This document shows, one piece after another, positions 13,805 through 27,017 of a stretch of 64,000 nt of DNA. The stretch is from Ranitomeya imitator (taxonomy: Eukaryota). The notes below the pieces were generated by a model, which worked only from the letters and a program-made list of their open reading frames with translations, was not told the origin of the DNA and searched no databases. The stretch covers positions 803,954,001 through 804,018,000 of the forward strand of contig NC_091284.1 in the NCBI RefSeq assembly GCF_032444005.1, given 5' to 3'. Each line of letters starts with the position of its first letter. The stretch's first letter is position 1. A program made the position numbers and the translations under genes.

Positions 13805-16640
13805 CATGTGACCATAGCATATGACAATGCCCATGTGGTCAGGATCATAGGTTATAACAATGCCCATGTGGTCAAGATTAAAGTGTATGACTATGCCCAT
13901 GTGGTCAGGATCATAGGTTCTGACAATGCCCATGTGGGCAGGATTAAAGTGTATGACAATGCCCATGTGGTCAGGATCATAGGTTCTGACAATGCCCATG
14001 TGGGCAGGATTAAAGTGTATGACAATGCCCATGTGGTAAGGCTCCCAGTGTATGACAATGCTCATGTGGTCAGGATCATAGGATATGACAATGCCCATTT
14101 GGTCAGGATCATAGGGTATGGCAATGCCCATGTGGTCAGGATCATAGGGTATGGCAATGCCTATGTGGTCAGTATGAATGTGTATGACAACATCCATGTG
14201 TTGAGGATTAACGTGTATGACAATGCTCATGTGGTCGGGATTGACGTGTATGACAATGCCCATGTGGTAAGGATCATAGGGTATGACAATGCCCATGTGG
14301 TCAGAATCATAGTGTATGACAATGCCCATGTGGTCAGGATCATAGGTTAAACCAAAGCCCATGTGGTCAAGATTATAGTGTATGACTATGCCCATGTGGT
14401 CAGGATCATAGGTTCTGACAATGCCCATGTGTGCAGGATTAAAGTGTATGACAATGCCCATGTGGTAAGGCTCCCAGTGTATGACAATGCTCATGTGGTC
14501 AGGATCATAGGATATAGCAATGCCCATTTGGTCAGGATCATAGGGTATGACAATGCCTATGTGGTCAGTATGAATGTGTATGACAACATCCATGTGTTGA
14601 GGATTAACGTGTATGACAATGCTCATGTGGTCGGGATTGACGTGTATGACAATGCCCATGTGGTAAGGATCATAGTGTATGACAATGCCCATGTGGTCAG
14701 AATCATAGTGTATGACAATGCCCATGTGGTCAGGATCATAGTGTATGACAATGCCCATGTGGTCAGGATTATAGTGTATGACAATGCCCATGTGGTCAGG
14801 ATCATAGCATATAACATTGCCCATGTGGTCAGGACCTTAGGGTATGACAATGCCCATGTGGTCAAGATTATAATGTATGGAAATGATAATGTCATCAGGA
14901 TCATAGTGTCTGACTCAGGGCCGGACTGGCCATCTGGCAATTCTGGCAAATGCCAGATGGGCTGTTCCAGTCATGGGTTGCATTGTCTGCTATGCTGTTA
15001 ACAGTATCAGTGTCCTCAGATTGCAATTGATACGGTGACCAGGGGAAGGAACAACGTGGTCCTATGTGCTTTCAATTGCCAGGGCTGAATTTCACTCTCA
15101 GTCCGTTCCTGGTCTGACTTGACAATGCCCATGTGGTCAGGATCATAGGGTATGACTATGCCCATGTAGTCAGGATCATAGGGTATGACAATGCCCATGT
15201 AGTCAGGATCATAGGGTATAACAATGCCCATGTGGTCAGGATCATAGGATATAACAATGCCCATGTGGTCAGGATCATAGGGTATGACAATGCCCATGTA
15301 GTCAGGATCATAGGGTATAACAATGCCCATGTGGTCAGGATCATAGGGTATGACAATGCCCATGTGGTCAGGATCATAGGGTATAACAATGCCCATGTGG
15401 TCAGGATCATAGGGTATAACAATGCCCATGTGGTCAGGATCATAGGGTATGACAATGCCCATGTGGTCAGGATCATAGGGTATAACAATGCCCATGTGGT
15501 CAGGATCATAGGGTATAACAATGCCCATGTGGTCAGGATCATAGGATATAACAATGCCCATGTGGTCAGGATCATAGGGTATGACAATGCCCATGTAGTC
15601 AGGATCATAGGGTATAACAATGCCCATGTGGTCAGGATCATAGGATATAACAATGCCCATGTGGTCAGGATCATAGGGTATAACAATGCCCATGTGGTCA
15701 GGATCATAGGATATAACAATGCCCATGTGGTCAGGATCATAGGGTATGACAATGCCCATGTAGTCAGGATCATAGGGTATAACAATGCCTATGTGGTCAG
15801 GATCATAGGATATAACAATGCCCATGTGGTCAGGATCAAAGGGTATGACAATGCCCATGTAGTCAGGATCATAGGGTATGACAATGCCCATGTAGTCAGG
15901 ATCATAGGGTATAACAATGCCCATGTAGTCAGGATCATAGGGTATGACAATGCCCATGTAGTCAGGATCATAGGGTATAACAATGCCCATGTGGTCAGGA
16001 TCATAGGGTATGACAATGCCCATGTGGTCAGGATCATAGGGTATGACAATGCCCATGTAGTCAGGATCATAGGGTATAACATTGCCCATGTAGTCAGGAT
16101 CATAGGGTATAACAATGCCCATGTGGTCAGGATCATAGCGTATGACAATGCCCATGTGGTCAGGATCATAGGGTATGACAATGCCCATGTGGTCAGGATC
16201 ATAGGGTATGACAATGCCCATGTGGTCAGGATCATAGGGTATGACAATGCCCATGTGGTCAGGATCATAGCGTATGACAATGCCCATGTGGTCAGGATCA
16301 TAGGGTATGACAATGCCCATGTGGTCAGGATCATAGGGTATAACATTGCCCATGTGGTCAGGATCATAGGGTATGACAATGCCCATGTAGTCAGGATCAT
16401 AGGATATAACATTGCCCATGTAGTCAGGATCATAGGGTATAACAATGCCCATGTGGTCAGGATCATAGGATATAACATTGCCCATGTGGGCAGCATTATA
16501 ATCTATGGAAATGATAATGTCGTCAGGATCAAAGTGTCTGAGTTGACAATGGCCATGTGGCTAACATCAAAGCTTATGCTAACCTCCATGTAGTCAGGAG
16601 AATGCATGCGTGGTCAGATCATAACGTGTTACAATGCTCA
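13805..16640. repeat. 33-bp minisatellite (GACAATGCCCATGTGGTCAGGATCATAGGGTAT)n, split by a hAT MITE
   Basis: The 11-aa periodic ORFs (DNAHVVRIIGY, YDPDHMGIVIP) follow from it. The left half is diverged, with a 429-bp (13 x 33) duplication marked by GGCTCCCAGTG near 14040 and 14469. The right half is homogeneous. Confidence 0.97.
14916..15111. mobile_element. hAT-family MITE, 196 bp
   Basis: Perfect 8-bp TSD GTCTGACT (14908-14915 and 15112-15119). Termini CAG...CTG with imperfect TIRs CAGGGCCGGACTGG / CAGGAACGGACTGA (11/14). Confidence 0.88.
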
Positions 16641-18296
16641 CGAGGTCATCTATGACAACCAAAATAACAAAGTAGGGCACCACAAAGAAGTAAAACCATT
16701 CCTTAGAACATAATACATAACACATAGAAATAAAACCATTCCTTAGAATATATTACAGAAGTAAAACATTAATAACATCTTCCGATGCTAATGCATATTC
16801 TGGTACTTTGGAAGATGAATATTTGTCCTTCCTTGCCATCTTGCCTCAACATATTTTAGGATAAATGGAGGGAAATGGCACTGACTATGCTCCATGTGTC
16901 TATATGCAGACACCCAGTGGTTGGGATGCGGGTAGAAGCCTGTCGGGAAATTTAATAGAAAATTGAATACGTGTTCCAATCTCAAATCTGCAGAAATATC
17001 GAGGTGGACACATCTGTAATTTACATTTTGAGTATCCGTCTATATCTAGGGACAGTTGTGAGTCTTGGCGGCTATTTCGCAGACTATAGAATATTGCATT
17101 TTTAGAATATTCTCACTCAGTCAACAAAATTTATACTATTCACCTCCCAGTCTTGATGTTTCCCAACCTTGTGTATGTTTTCTCATAGATATTTCCTCAG
17201 CGCTAAAAGCCTACTCTTAGTCACAACCATAAGGTGTAAGAAGCTTGGCTTACTTTTTTTTAGACATCTTTGTGGTTTATTTTGTCCCCTTATGCTCCAT
17301 TTTGATACCTTACCTTCCTTTGCAAGGAAAAATAACACAATGATCTTTGGGGAAATTCTTCCTTGCCATTTTTGCTCAATCCAATGTACCTATGGGGAGG
17401 GATATGCTAAGTCCCGCCCCCGAGGAACGTGTAGATTTAACATAAGCAGGAGCCTGGTTTCCAATGGGCCCGATGGTTGTCTTATGGCACATAAATACAT
17501 CTACGGGTAGCTGTGTACACTGTCTATGATTTGGGTCTGCAAGCATAGATTAGCATTAGGGATGGTACAGAGCAATACCACACTACAATATTCATGCTAT
17601 CTAAAGTCACCATGGAGCGTGGGCTTGTCCGGCCTTACACTGGAAACTCGTTCCCGTACAGAAGAGAGCTCTGCCGTATTGCAGCCGCTTGGAAAAGACT
17701 GATTTCAGCCACATTCCTCTACGTTCAGCACCATATGGCATTCATCAACTCAATATGTTCTAGATTACGGCTAATTTAAATGTTCATGTGTCTTCACTAA
17801 ACCTGATTATAAGATGCAAGGCGGTGGGATTAAAGAACACTGCCGAGCATCCATTTTTTACGAGGGTGACCCCCGTGCTTATATTTACCGTCGCTAGGTT
17901 GGTTACACTTTCACATCTGCTTTTAAATTACTCAAGAAATGTATGTGGGGAGCAGGTGCCGTCGGTGCGCCGTCAGTGTTCCGTCGGTGCGCCGTCGCTG
18001 TCTATACACCACTTCACTTTATTTTTCTAGAATTTAACCCCCAGATCTTTTTCATATGGTGCATTTTAATCTGGGAGTATAACATACATGGCCTGTTTGT
18101 GTTGAACTTTCCCAAACTATGAGCAGAACTGTTGACTTTGAGCATTTTTTTTGATTTGTGGCTGCTGCTCTATCGTGTTCCTTCATTGTTTATCTGGTAG
18201 TCATGTAATACTACATTTGACCTGCAGGGTAAAAATGTCTGACTGGCTGCAGCTTCAAGTGACAGCCAGAAAGCAAATTTTTGATTATCCCGGCAA

Positions 18297-18725
18297 ATTG
18301 AATCTGTCAGCAGATTTTTGCTTTGTAATCTGAGAGCAGCACAATGTGGGGGCTGAGAGCCTGATTCCAGTGATGTATCACTTATTGGACTTCTTGGTGC
18401 AGTGTTGATAGAATCCCTGTTTTATCTCCTGTAGATCTAGCAGTGCTCGTAATGCTGAGCTCTGTATAACTCCACCCACTTCCCTGATTGGCAGTTTCTT
18501 GTGCACACTGTCAGCAAGCTGCCAATCAGTTGTGGGGGCGGGGTTATACAGATTAGCTGGACTGCTTGGCATGAGACACCTAGTCCCCTGCTGAAAAAAA
18601 ACCACTGATAGTAGTGAAACTACAGGAAGCTGCAAAGAAAGTGACGCATCCCTGGAATCAGGCTCTCTGCCCATGAATTATGCGGCTCTCGGATTAAATA
18701 GCAAAAATCTGCTGACAGGTTAGCT
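18297..18725. mobile_element. T2/Kolobok-type MITE (left end degenerate)
   Basis: Inverted arms AATCTGTCAGCAGATTTTTGCT...CCTGATTCCAG vs CTGGAATCAGG...AGCAAAAATCTGCTGACAGGTT, followed by TTAA at 18726-18729. A right-end copy of the same family lies at about 44845-44929. Confidence 0.7.
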
Positions 18726-18785
18726 TTAAAGCATTTTTTTTTAAAGAATTGCAAAACAGGGAGACAGGACTAAAATAACTCCTAA

Positions 18786-18962
18786 GGTGCGTTCAGACGT
18801 CTGTACAAATCGGTCCGAGGTCAGACCGCAATGCACGGACTGGCCGTGGGACAGCTTCATATATTTCTATGAAGCTGTCACGTACGGGTCGGGAGAACCG
18901 AATCCAGTCCTTGCACTGCGGTCCGGTTTCGGATTGATTTGTAAGGACGCATGAATGTGCCC
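18786..18962. mobile_element. Palindromic PIF/Harbinger-type MITE
   Basis: Flanked by TAA and TTA. Imperfect TIRs GGTGCGTTCAG / ATGAATGTGCCC. Central palindrome GACAGCTTCAT-ATATTTCT-ATGAAGCTGTC. Confidence 0.65.
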
Positions 18963-19931
18963 TTAGTCTGGGGTTCACATTGTATCAGTGTATGGGATTT
19001 CGTCTGAAGCCCTGAAAAAGCGCGATTCATGCGAAACGGCCGACAGGAGCGTTGAATTCACCTTGTGATCTTTCCCACCTCCTTCTTGGCATATTTCATA
19101 TAAGTTTGTCATGGACGAAACAAAAAAAAAAAATTCAGCTGCGTTGAACAAAATGTTCGGATGATCGCAGGTACAGGTCTTCGACTACGAAAACTGAGCC
19201 TCACTATTATATTTTGTGTTATCTTTTATAATTTACAAAGGCGGGAAATGAAAAGGAAACGTTTCATCCTGTGATAAAACCATTAGGATTCCATTAATGA
19301 CCTCGTTACATTCGAGAGGGGGAAAATGCCTGAAAGGGAGGAGGGGAAGTAAAGCCGTGAATGTCACGGGGTTGGGAATTAATACATTCAGGAATTTTTC
19401 AGCAATTACACTATGTCATAATAATATGACAGGAATCTGAAAATCTTCCATGTTGCGGCACACAAACCCCGGAAGGCTCCTAACGAGGGAGCGCACGCAG
19501 AAGGCTTCAGTTTTTTTAATTTGTGGCCACAAGAAAACGATTGTTTCGGTAAGTGCTATAAATACCAGGTTGGCAGCGCTGGCGTCCATTAACAGTAGTG
19601 AACCTATGTTTAGGCTCTCGGGCCGTTCAAGAGGGGATCGTCCGTGTTCTTCAATCCTGAAGAATGACGAAACAATATCCCCAGCTGTCCCTCTGCTATT
19701 ACTTCTCTTGGTTAGACCTAAGGCTTACTGGAAGTATATAATTAGACGGAGACGGCTACCGCCGATTGACGGTGATTTTCTAAAAATACTAAACCCTACA
19801 ATCATTCTCGGCAAGGAGCGGAGGAGCTAATATATTGGTTTCTTAGATTTCTGCTTGTTGAAGCATTTTTGGCCATGAGTCATTAGGCCCAAAGACATCA
19901 TATCAACACTTAAGATGCCTGTCTGTATTAA

Positions 19932-20348
19932 AGGGTTGGCCCATTATTATTATTTTTTAATTCTCAAAATAGGTCCATGTTAATTTTAAATAAAATAATA
20001 AAAAAAAGAAATTAAACTACCATACACCCCTTCTCCACATCGTTCCTCCGTCCTGCTGCCAGCATTGCCCCGTGGGTCTCCTCACTTCCTCTTCCGGTGG
20101 ATGATGTCACATGACCAATGCAGTCAATCAGCAGCCACTGCTTGGAAAGAAGTCTGGCGATTGGCTGCAGTGGTCAAATCACATTTCGCACCAGAAGAGG
20201 AAGTGAACAGGCTGGTAGGACACAGAGGGGCAGCAGTGCTGAGTAATTACAGGGGTCTAATAGGCGAGTATCTGGTTTCTGCTTCTTTGTTCTTTTAACC
20301 ATGATTAGCCTTCGCTCAAGGTGAAAAAATATATATAGGACAATCCCT
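19932..20348. mobile_element. T2/Kolobok-type MITE
   Basis: TTAA-AGGGTTGGCC ... GGACAATCCCT-TTAA, with TTAA at 19928-19931 and 20349-20352. Confidence 0.75.
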
Positions 20349-20448
20349 TTAAAGTGTTAAGACGTCTTAAGTTGCCTTAAATGAGTTGACCAGTCTTGTG
20401 ATAAATGTCTGCAATAACTCTATGTGAATGCAGAATTTGGAATCTTAA

Positions 20449-21571
20449 AAGTGCACAAACAACACACTGTCAGGAGTCCCTGGTGTTAAGGCCGGTAGTG
20501 GGCGCTCATGTGACTGCAAGTATACGATTTGCATAGTTCCGGCTACATTCCGACTAGACATGCCCAGCCTCATTCAATACACTTGTATTGAGCAAGGCTG
20601 TGTACGTCTATTCGGCATGTGACCGCATGTATACGATGCATACTTCCGGCCACATTCCAACTAAACATGTCCTAACTCATTCAATACACTACTGAGCGAG
20701 GCTGTGTTCGTCTATTCGGCATGTGGCCGCATGTATACGATGCATACTTCCGGCCACATTCCAACTAAACATGTCCTAACTCATTCAATACACTACTGAG
20801 CGAGGCTGTGTTCGTCTATTCGGCATGTGGCCGCATGTATACGATGCATACTTCCAGCCACATTCCAACTAAACATGTCCTAACTCATTCAATACACTAC
20901 TGAGCGAGGCTGTGTTCATCTATTCGGCATGTGGCCGCATGTATACGATGCATACTTCCAGCCACATTCCAACTAAACATGTCCTAACTCATTCAATACA
21001 CTACTGAGCGAGGCTGTGTTCGTCTATTCGGCATGTGGCCGCATGTATACGATGCATACTTCCAGCCACATTCCAACTAAACATGTCCTAACTCATTCAA
21101 TACACTACTGAGCGAGGCTGTGTTCGTCTATTCGGCATGTGGCCGCATGTATACGATGCATACTTCCAGCCACATTCCAACTAAACATGTCCTAACTCAT
21201 TCAATACACTACTGAGCGAGGCTGTGTTCGTCTATTCGGCATGTGGCCGCATGTATACGATTTGCATACTTCCGGCCACATTCCAACTAAACATGTCCTA
21301 ACTCATTCAATACACTACTGAGCGAGGCTGTGTTCGTCTATTCGGCATGTGGCCGCATGTATACGATGCATACTTCCAGCCACATTCCAACTAGACATGT
21401 CCACCTTGTGCAATACATTTGTATTGAGTAAGGCTGCGTATGTCTAGTTGACATGTGACCGGATGTCTATGATTTGAATACTTCTGGCCACATTCCAACT
21501 AGATATGTCCTGCGTACGTCAAGGCGATGCCTCATCACTGAAGAATCCTGACAGCATGCGTTGCATGCACT
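20449..21571. mobile_element. T2/Kolobok-type MITE whose internal hairpin has expanded into a 104-bp tandem array
   Basis: Left end TTAA-AAGTGCAC...CTGTCAGGAGTCC...AAGGC mirrors right end GCCTCA...GAATCCTGACAG...TGCACT-GTAA. The array lies between them. Confidence 0.7.
20520..21505. repeat. 104-bp tandem repeat, about 9 copies, with a quasi-palindromic monomer
   Basis: TACTTCC recurs at 20641, 20745, 20849 and onward (period 104). Edge copies keep the hairpin centre CAATACACTTGTATTG. Confidence 0.93.
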
Positions 21572-22328
21572 GTAAGGATTCAGAAATCGGAATTCACACA
21601 GTATCACAAGACTGGAGAACCCCTTTAAAGCATGAGATAGCAAACTTATGGCAGATGTCAAAGCGTCACATAAAGTCTCAATTCACCCAGAACTGTGTAC
21701 AGGGCCAGTCTTATGTAGAACGATGCTCTGTTCGGTACACATAACCACGCCATAGAGTTGCCAATTAAAAGCGATATACAGTTCATTCTAGCACCCAAAT
21801 AACAGTACCCGTTATCCAACTCTACATTGGCAAATTATCACTTACATAATTGCCTATTTAACAAGAGGCCATAATTAAAGTTCCAACAGGGAGTAAATTA
21901 TGGACCTGTCACAATCTATCACCTGCGACCCCCAGCAACAATGGGCAATTTATTAAAAGCAGTGCCCAAAAAAGAGAGGTTTGTGCTACACAATTAATCA
22001 AAAAGTAGATCTAAATATGTCCCTACTACCAACATTGCCGGAGAAGTCTCTGGTCATGTCCTCAACACAGCAATAAAGTGCTGGACCTGACCTTACAGGT
22101 GTGCTATACACAAACGAGACCTTCCTTATTTTTCCTCTTGGTTCGACATTATCTTTTAGATCAGTGGCTCAAGAAAACTTTCACAAAAAACAAAAACCCA
22201 ATTTTTGCGATACTCTGTGAGGAGATGATCATTCTATTTATGCCTTTAGGTAGCCAACTAGTGGTTATGAGATGAACAGATTAAATAAAAAATTCCCTAC
22301 CCGTATAAACCAGGGCGCCATTACTCAC

Positions 22329-23127
22329 CATTGCATATACAGCGCACGTTCCTATAAAAGCGGGGGCATACGAAACTGATTCTGGCTGTGCTGTAGGTCA
22401 TTAGTGAGTGGGAATCTATCGACAACGTCTGTTCACAATGTTGTTCCTGACAATCCAATCCCGAGCAATTCTTTTCCAGGATTGTTGATATCCGAATCAC
22501 ATTTTCCAAATGTCTCCTTGCATTTGAGAGCTTCTGAATCAAGTACGCCGGCTTGTAGAAACCCCCGCTTTGCATTTGTACGGCGAACAGCATGTCCAGC
22601 TGGTTTGTGCCTGCCACCGGCTGGATGCTAATTATATACAGGCTGTCCTCTTTCTGGGTGAGAACCGCGTTCCGGAGGGTACGTCGAAAGCCGTGCAAAT
22701 GAAGCCCCACAAAATCCTCGGGAGAGATGTTCTCGAAACGTATGGTGACGGCATTGTACAACATATCCTGGATCAACTGCTCAACGTGGACCGTCACATC
22801 GACCGATACCTGGTAGCGGCCATCACTAACCGATATGTTCAAGTTGTATTTGCCCCCGTCAAGACCTCCAAGGGCGATAACCTTTCCGTCGTGATTGTTC
22901 ACTTTGAACAAGCTCTTCTGCTCTGATTTGAGGGCGTAGGAGAGGACATCGTAGACATCCTGATCGGTGGCGTGAATCTTGCCAATGACTCCTCCCGGGA
23001 AGTCATCTTCCATGGTGACGATGTATATCTCCAGTGGGGTGGCAGAAGGTTTGTGGATACTCTCTTCGATAACTCTTACATGTACATAGGTTTGAGAGGT
23101 CATCGGTGGTTTACCTGAGTCTTTCAC
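22329..23127 (-). CDS. FAT3: FAT3 coding exon, 799 bp (phase 0 to 1): end of cadherin repeats and linker to EGF1
   Basis: [57 protein letters not shown]...[18 protein letters not shown], recognisably FAT3 rather than FAT1. Acceptor CAG at 23130-23128; donor GTGAGT from 22328. Confidence 0.97.
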
Positions 23128-23474
23128 CTGTTCGGAGAAAAGAAAAATTAAGTCAATTTTGTGAAAAACAAAAGGACCAAAGGTTGGGGTTGTCAAGAAA
23201 ACTTAATTATGTCTTATAAGTTTTTGGCAATCTCTTTTGTTGAATCTACTTCTTCACTATCATGGATTTCAGCCTTTCTTCCTCATTTAAATTCATACAG
23301 AAATCTTGTCCCTCTTGCCCACTAAAAACATTGATAAATTGGTGACATCATGGTTGGGAAAATTGTGTAGGGGCCATTTTGCTAGAAGCTATGATCATAA
23401 GTGTTCTAATAGGGGGGTCTGATGTAATATGACAATTGACATAGAGACTGAAGTCATAGATATATTTATTCCTC

Positions 23475-26400
23475 TGCAGGGTCCTCTCTCCTGTAGAGTG
23501 TCAGCTCTTATGTGCAGGGTCCTCTCTCCTGTAGAGTGTCAGCTCTTATGTGCAGGATCCTCTCTCCTGTAGAGTGTCAGCTCTTATGGGCAGGGTCCTC
23601 TCTTCTGTAGAGTGTCAGCTCTTATGGGCAGGGTCCTCTCTCCTGTAGAGTGTCAGCTCTTATGGGCAGGGTCCTCTCTCCTGTACAGTGTCAGCTCTTA
23701 TGGGCAGGGTCCTCTCTCCTGTAGAGTGTCAGCTCTTATGTGCAGGGTCCTCTCTCCTGTAGAGTGTCAGCTCTTATGTGCAGGGTCCTCTCTCCTGTAG
23801 AGTGTCAGCTCTTATGTGCAGGGTCCTCTCTCCTGTACAGTGTCAGCTCTTATGTGCAGGGTCCTCTCTCCTGTAGAGTGACAGCTCTTATGGGCAGGGT
23901 CCTCTCTCCTGTAGAGTGTCAGCTCTTATGTGCAGGGTCCTCTCTCCTGTACAGTGTCAGCTCTTATGGGCAGGGTCCTCTCTCCTGTACAGTGTCAGCT
24001 CTTATGGGCAGTGTCCTCTCTCTTGTAGAGTGTCAGCTCTTATGGGCGGGATCCTCTCTCCTGTAGAGTGTCAGCTCTTATGGGCAGGGTCCTCTCTCCT
24101 GTAGAGTATCAGCTCTTATGGGCAGGGTCCTCTCTCCTGTACAGTGTCAGCTCTTATGTGCAGGGTCCCCTCTCCTGTAGAATGTCAGCTCTTATGTGCA
24201 GGGTCCTCTCACCTGTAGAGTGTCAGCTCTTATGGGCAGGGTCCTCTCTCCTGTAGAGTGTCAGCTCTTATGTGCAAGGTCCTCTCTCCTGTAGAGTGTC
24301 AGCTCTTATGGGCAGGGTCCTCTCTCCTGTAGAGTGTCAGCTCTTATGGGCAGGGTCCTCTCTCCTGTAGAGTGTCAGCTCTTATGCGCACGGTCCTCTC
24401 TCCTGTAGAGTGTCAGCTCTTATGGGCAGGGTCCTCTCTCCTGTAGAGTGTCAGCTCTTATGGGCAGGGTCCTCTCTCCTGTAGAGTGTCAGCTCTTATG
24501 TGCAGGGTTCTCTCTCCTGTAGAGTGTCAGCTCTTATGTGCAGGGTCCTCTCTCCTGTAGAGTATCAGCTCTTATGGGCAGGGTCCTCTCTCCTGTAGAG
24601 TGTCAGCTCTTATGGGCAGGGTCCTCTCTCCTGTAGAGTGTCAGCTCTTATGGGCAGGGTCCTCTCTCCTGTAGAGTGTCAGCTCTTATGGGCAGGGTCC
24701 TCTCTCCTGTAGAGTGTCAGCTCTTATGTGCAGGGTTCTCTCTCCTGTAGAGTGTCAGCTCTTATGTGCAGGGTCCTCTCTCCTGTAGAGTATCAGCTCT
24801 TATGTGCAGGGTCCTCTCTCCTGTAGAGTGTCAGCTCTTATGTGCAGGGTCCTCTCTCCTGTAGAGTGTCAGCTCTTATGGGCAGGGTCCTCTCTCCTGT
24901 AGAGTGTCAGCTCTTATGGGCAGAGTCCTTCCTCCTGTAGAGTGTCAGCTCTTATGTGCAGGGTCCTCTCGCCTGTAGAGTGTCAGCTCTTATGGGCAGA
25001 GTCCTCTCTCCTGTAGAGCGTCACCTCTTATGTGCAGGGTCCTGTCTCCTGTAGAGTGTCAGCTCTTATGTGCAGGGTCCTCTCTCCTGTAGAGTGTCAG
25101 CTCTTATGGGCAGGGTCCTCTCTCCTGTAGAGTGTCAGCTCTTATGTGCAGGGTCCTCTCTCCTGTAGAGTGTCAGCTCTTATGGGCAGGGTCCTCTCTC
25201 CTGTAGAGTGTCAGCTCTTATGGGCAGGGTCCTCTCTCCTGTAGAGTGTCAGCTCTTATGGGCAGGGTCTTCTCTCCTGTATAGTGTCGGCTCTTATGTG
25301 CAGGGTCCTCTCTCCTGTAGAGTGTCAGCTCTTATGGGCAGGGTCCTCTCTCCTGTAGAGTGTCAGCTCTTATGCGCAGGGTCCTCTCTCCTGTAGAGTG
25401 TCAGCTCTTATGTGCAGGGTCCTCTCTCCTGTACAGTGTCAGCTCTTATGTGCAGGGTCCTCTCTCCTGTAGAGTGTCAGCTCTTATGTGCAGGATCCTC
25501 TCTCCTGTAGAGTGTCAGCTCTTATGTGCAGGGTCCTCTCTCCTGTAGAGTGTCAGCTCTTATGCGCACGGTCCTCTCTCCTGTAGAGTGTCAGCTCTTA
25601 TGGGCAGGGTCCTCTCTCCTGTAGAGTGTCAGCTCTTATGGGCAGGGTCCTCTCTCCTGTAGAGTGTCAGCTCTTATGTGCAGGGTTCTCTCTCCTGTAG
25701 AGTGTCAGCTCTTATGTGCAGGGTCCTCTCTCCTGTAGAGTATCAGCTCTTATGTGCAGGGTCCTCTCTCCTGTAGAGTGTCAGCTCTTATGGGCAGGGT
25801 CCTCTCTCCTGTAGAGTGTCAGCTCTTATGTGCAGGGTCCTCTCTCCTGTAGAGTGTCAGCTCTTATGGGCAGGGTCCTCTCTCCTGTAGAGTGTCAGCT
25901 CTTATGGGCAGGGTCCTCTCTCCTGTAGAGTGTCAGCTCTTATGGGCAGGGTCTTCTCTCCTGTATAGTGTCGGCTCTTATGTGCAGGGTCCTCTCTCCT
26001 GTAGAGTGTCGGCTCTTATGGGCAGGGTCCTCTCTCCTGTAGAGTGTCAGCTCTTATGCGCAGGGTCCTCTCTCCTGTAGAGTGTCAGCTCTTATGTGCA
26101 GGGTCCTCTCTCCTGTACAGTGTCAGCTCTTATGTGCAGGGTCCTCTCTCCTGTAGAGTGTCAGCTCTTATGTGCAGGGTCCTCTCTCCTGTACAGTGTC
26201 AGCTCTTATGTGCAGGGTCCTCTCTTCTGTATAGTGTCAGCTCTTATGTGCAGGATCCTCTCTCCTGTAGAGTGTCAGGTCTTATGTGCAGGGTCCTCTC
26301 TCCTGTAGAGTGTCAGCTCTTATGGGCAGGGTCTTCTCTCCTGTATAGTGTCGGCTCTTATGTGCAGGGTCCTCTCGCCTGTAGAGTGTCAGCTCTTATG

Positions 26401-27017
26401 CGCAGGGTCCTCTCTCCTGTAGAGTGTCAGCTCTTATGTGCAGGGTCCTCTCTCCTGTACAGTGTCAGCTCTTATGTGCAGGGTCCTCTCTCCTGTAGAG
26501 TGTCAGCTCTTATGTGCAGGATCCTCTCTCCTGTAGAGTGTCAGCTCTTATGTGCAGGGTCCTCTCTCCTGTACAGTGTCAGCTCTTATGTGCAGGGTCC
26601 TCTCTTCTGTATAGTGTCAGCTCTTATGTGCAGGATCCTCTCTCCTGTAGAGTGTCAGCTCTTATGTGCAGGGTCCTCTCTTCTGTATAGTGTCAGCTCT
26701 TATGTGCAGGATCCTCTCTCCTGTAGAGTGTCAGCTCTTATGTGCAGGGTCCTCTCTTCTGTATAGTGTCAGCTCTTATGTGCAGGGTCCCCTCTCCTGT
26801 AGAGTGTCAGCTCTTATGTGCAGGGTCCTCTCTTCTGTATAGTGTCAGCTCTTATGTGCAGGGTTCTCTCTCCTGTAGAGTGTCAGCTCTTATGTGCAGG
26901 GTTCTCTCTCCTGTAGAGTGTCAGCTCTTATGTGCAGGGTCCCCTCTTCTGTATAGTGTCAGCTCTTATGTGCAGGGTCCTCTCTCCTGTAGAGTGTCGG
27001 CTCTTTTAGTCAGGGTC
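23475..27017. repeat. 38-bp minisatellite (TGCAGGGTCCTCTCTCCTGTAGAGTGTCAGCTCTTATG)n, about 93 copies
   Basis: Directly visible. It fills about 3.5 kb of a 4003-bp FAT3 intron. Confidence 0.98.

Noticed and set aside
13670-16593. ORFs with DNAHVVRIIGY / YDPDHMGIVIP repeats resembling beta-solenoid proteins
   Set aside because: Both strands are open because of a 33-bp tandem unit; the array is interrupted by a MITE.
19009-19050. Hammerhead-like string CCTGAAAAAGCG...TGCGAAACGGCCGAC
   Set aside because: C3-A8 mismatch, U16.1 replaced by A, and stem I unpaired. At most a dead Penelope relic.
22404-22926. Plus-strand ORFs overlapping the large FAT3 exon
   Set aside because: Antisense shadows of a coding exon with no independent evidence.
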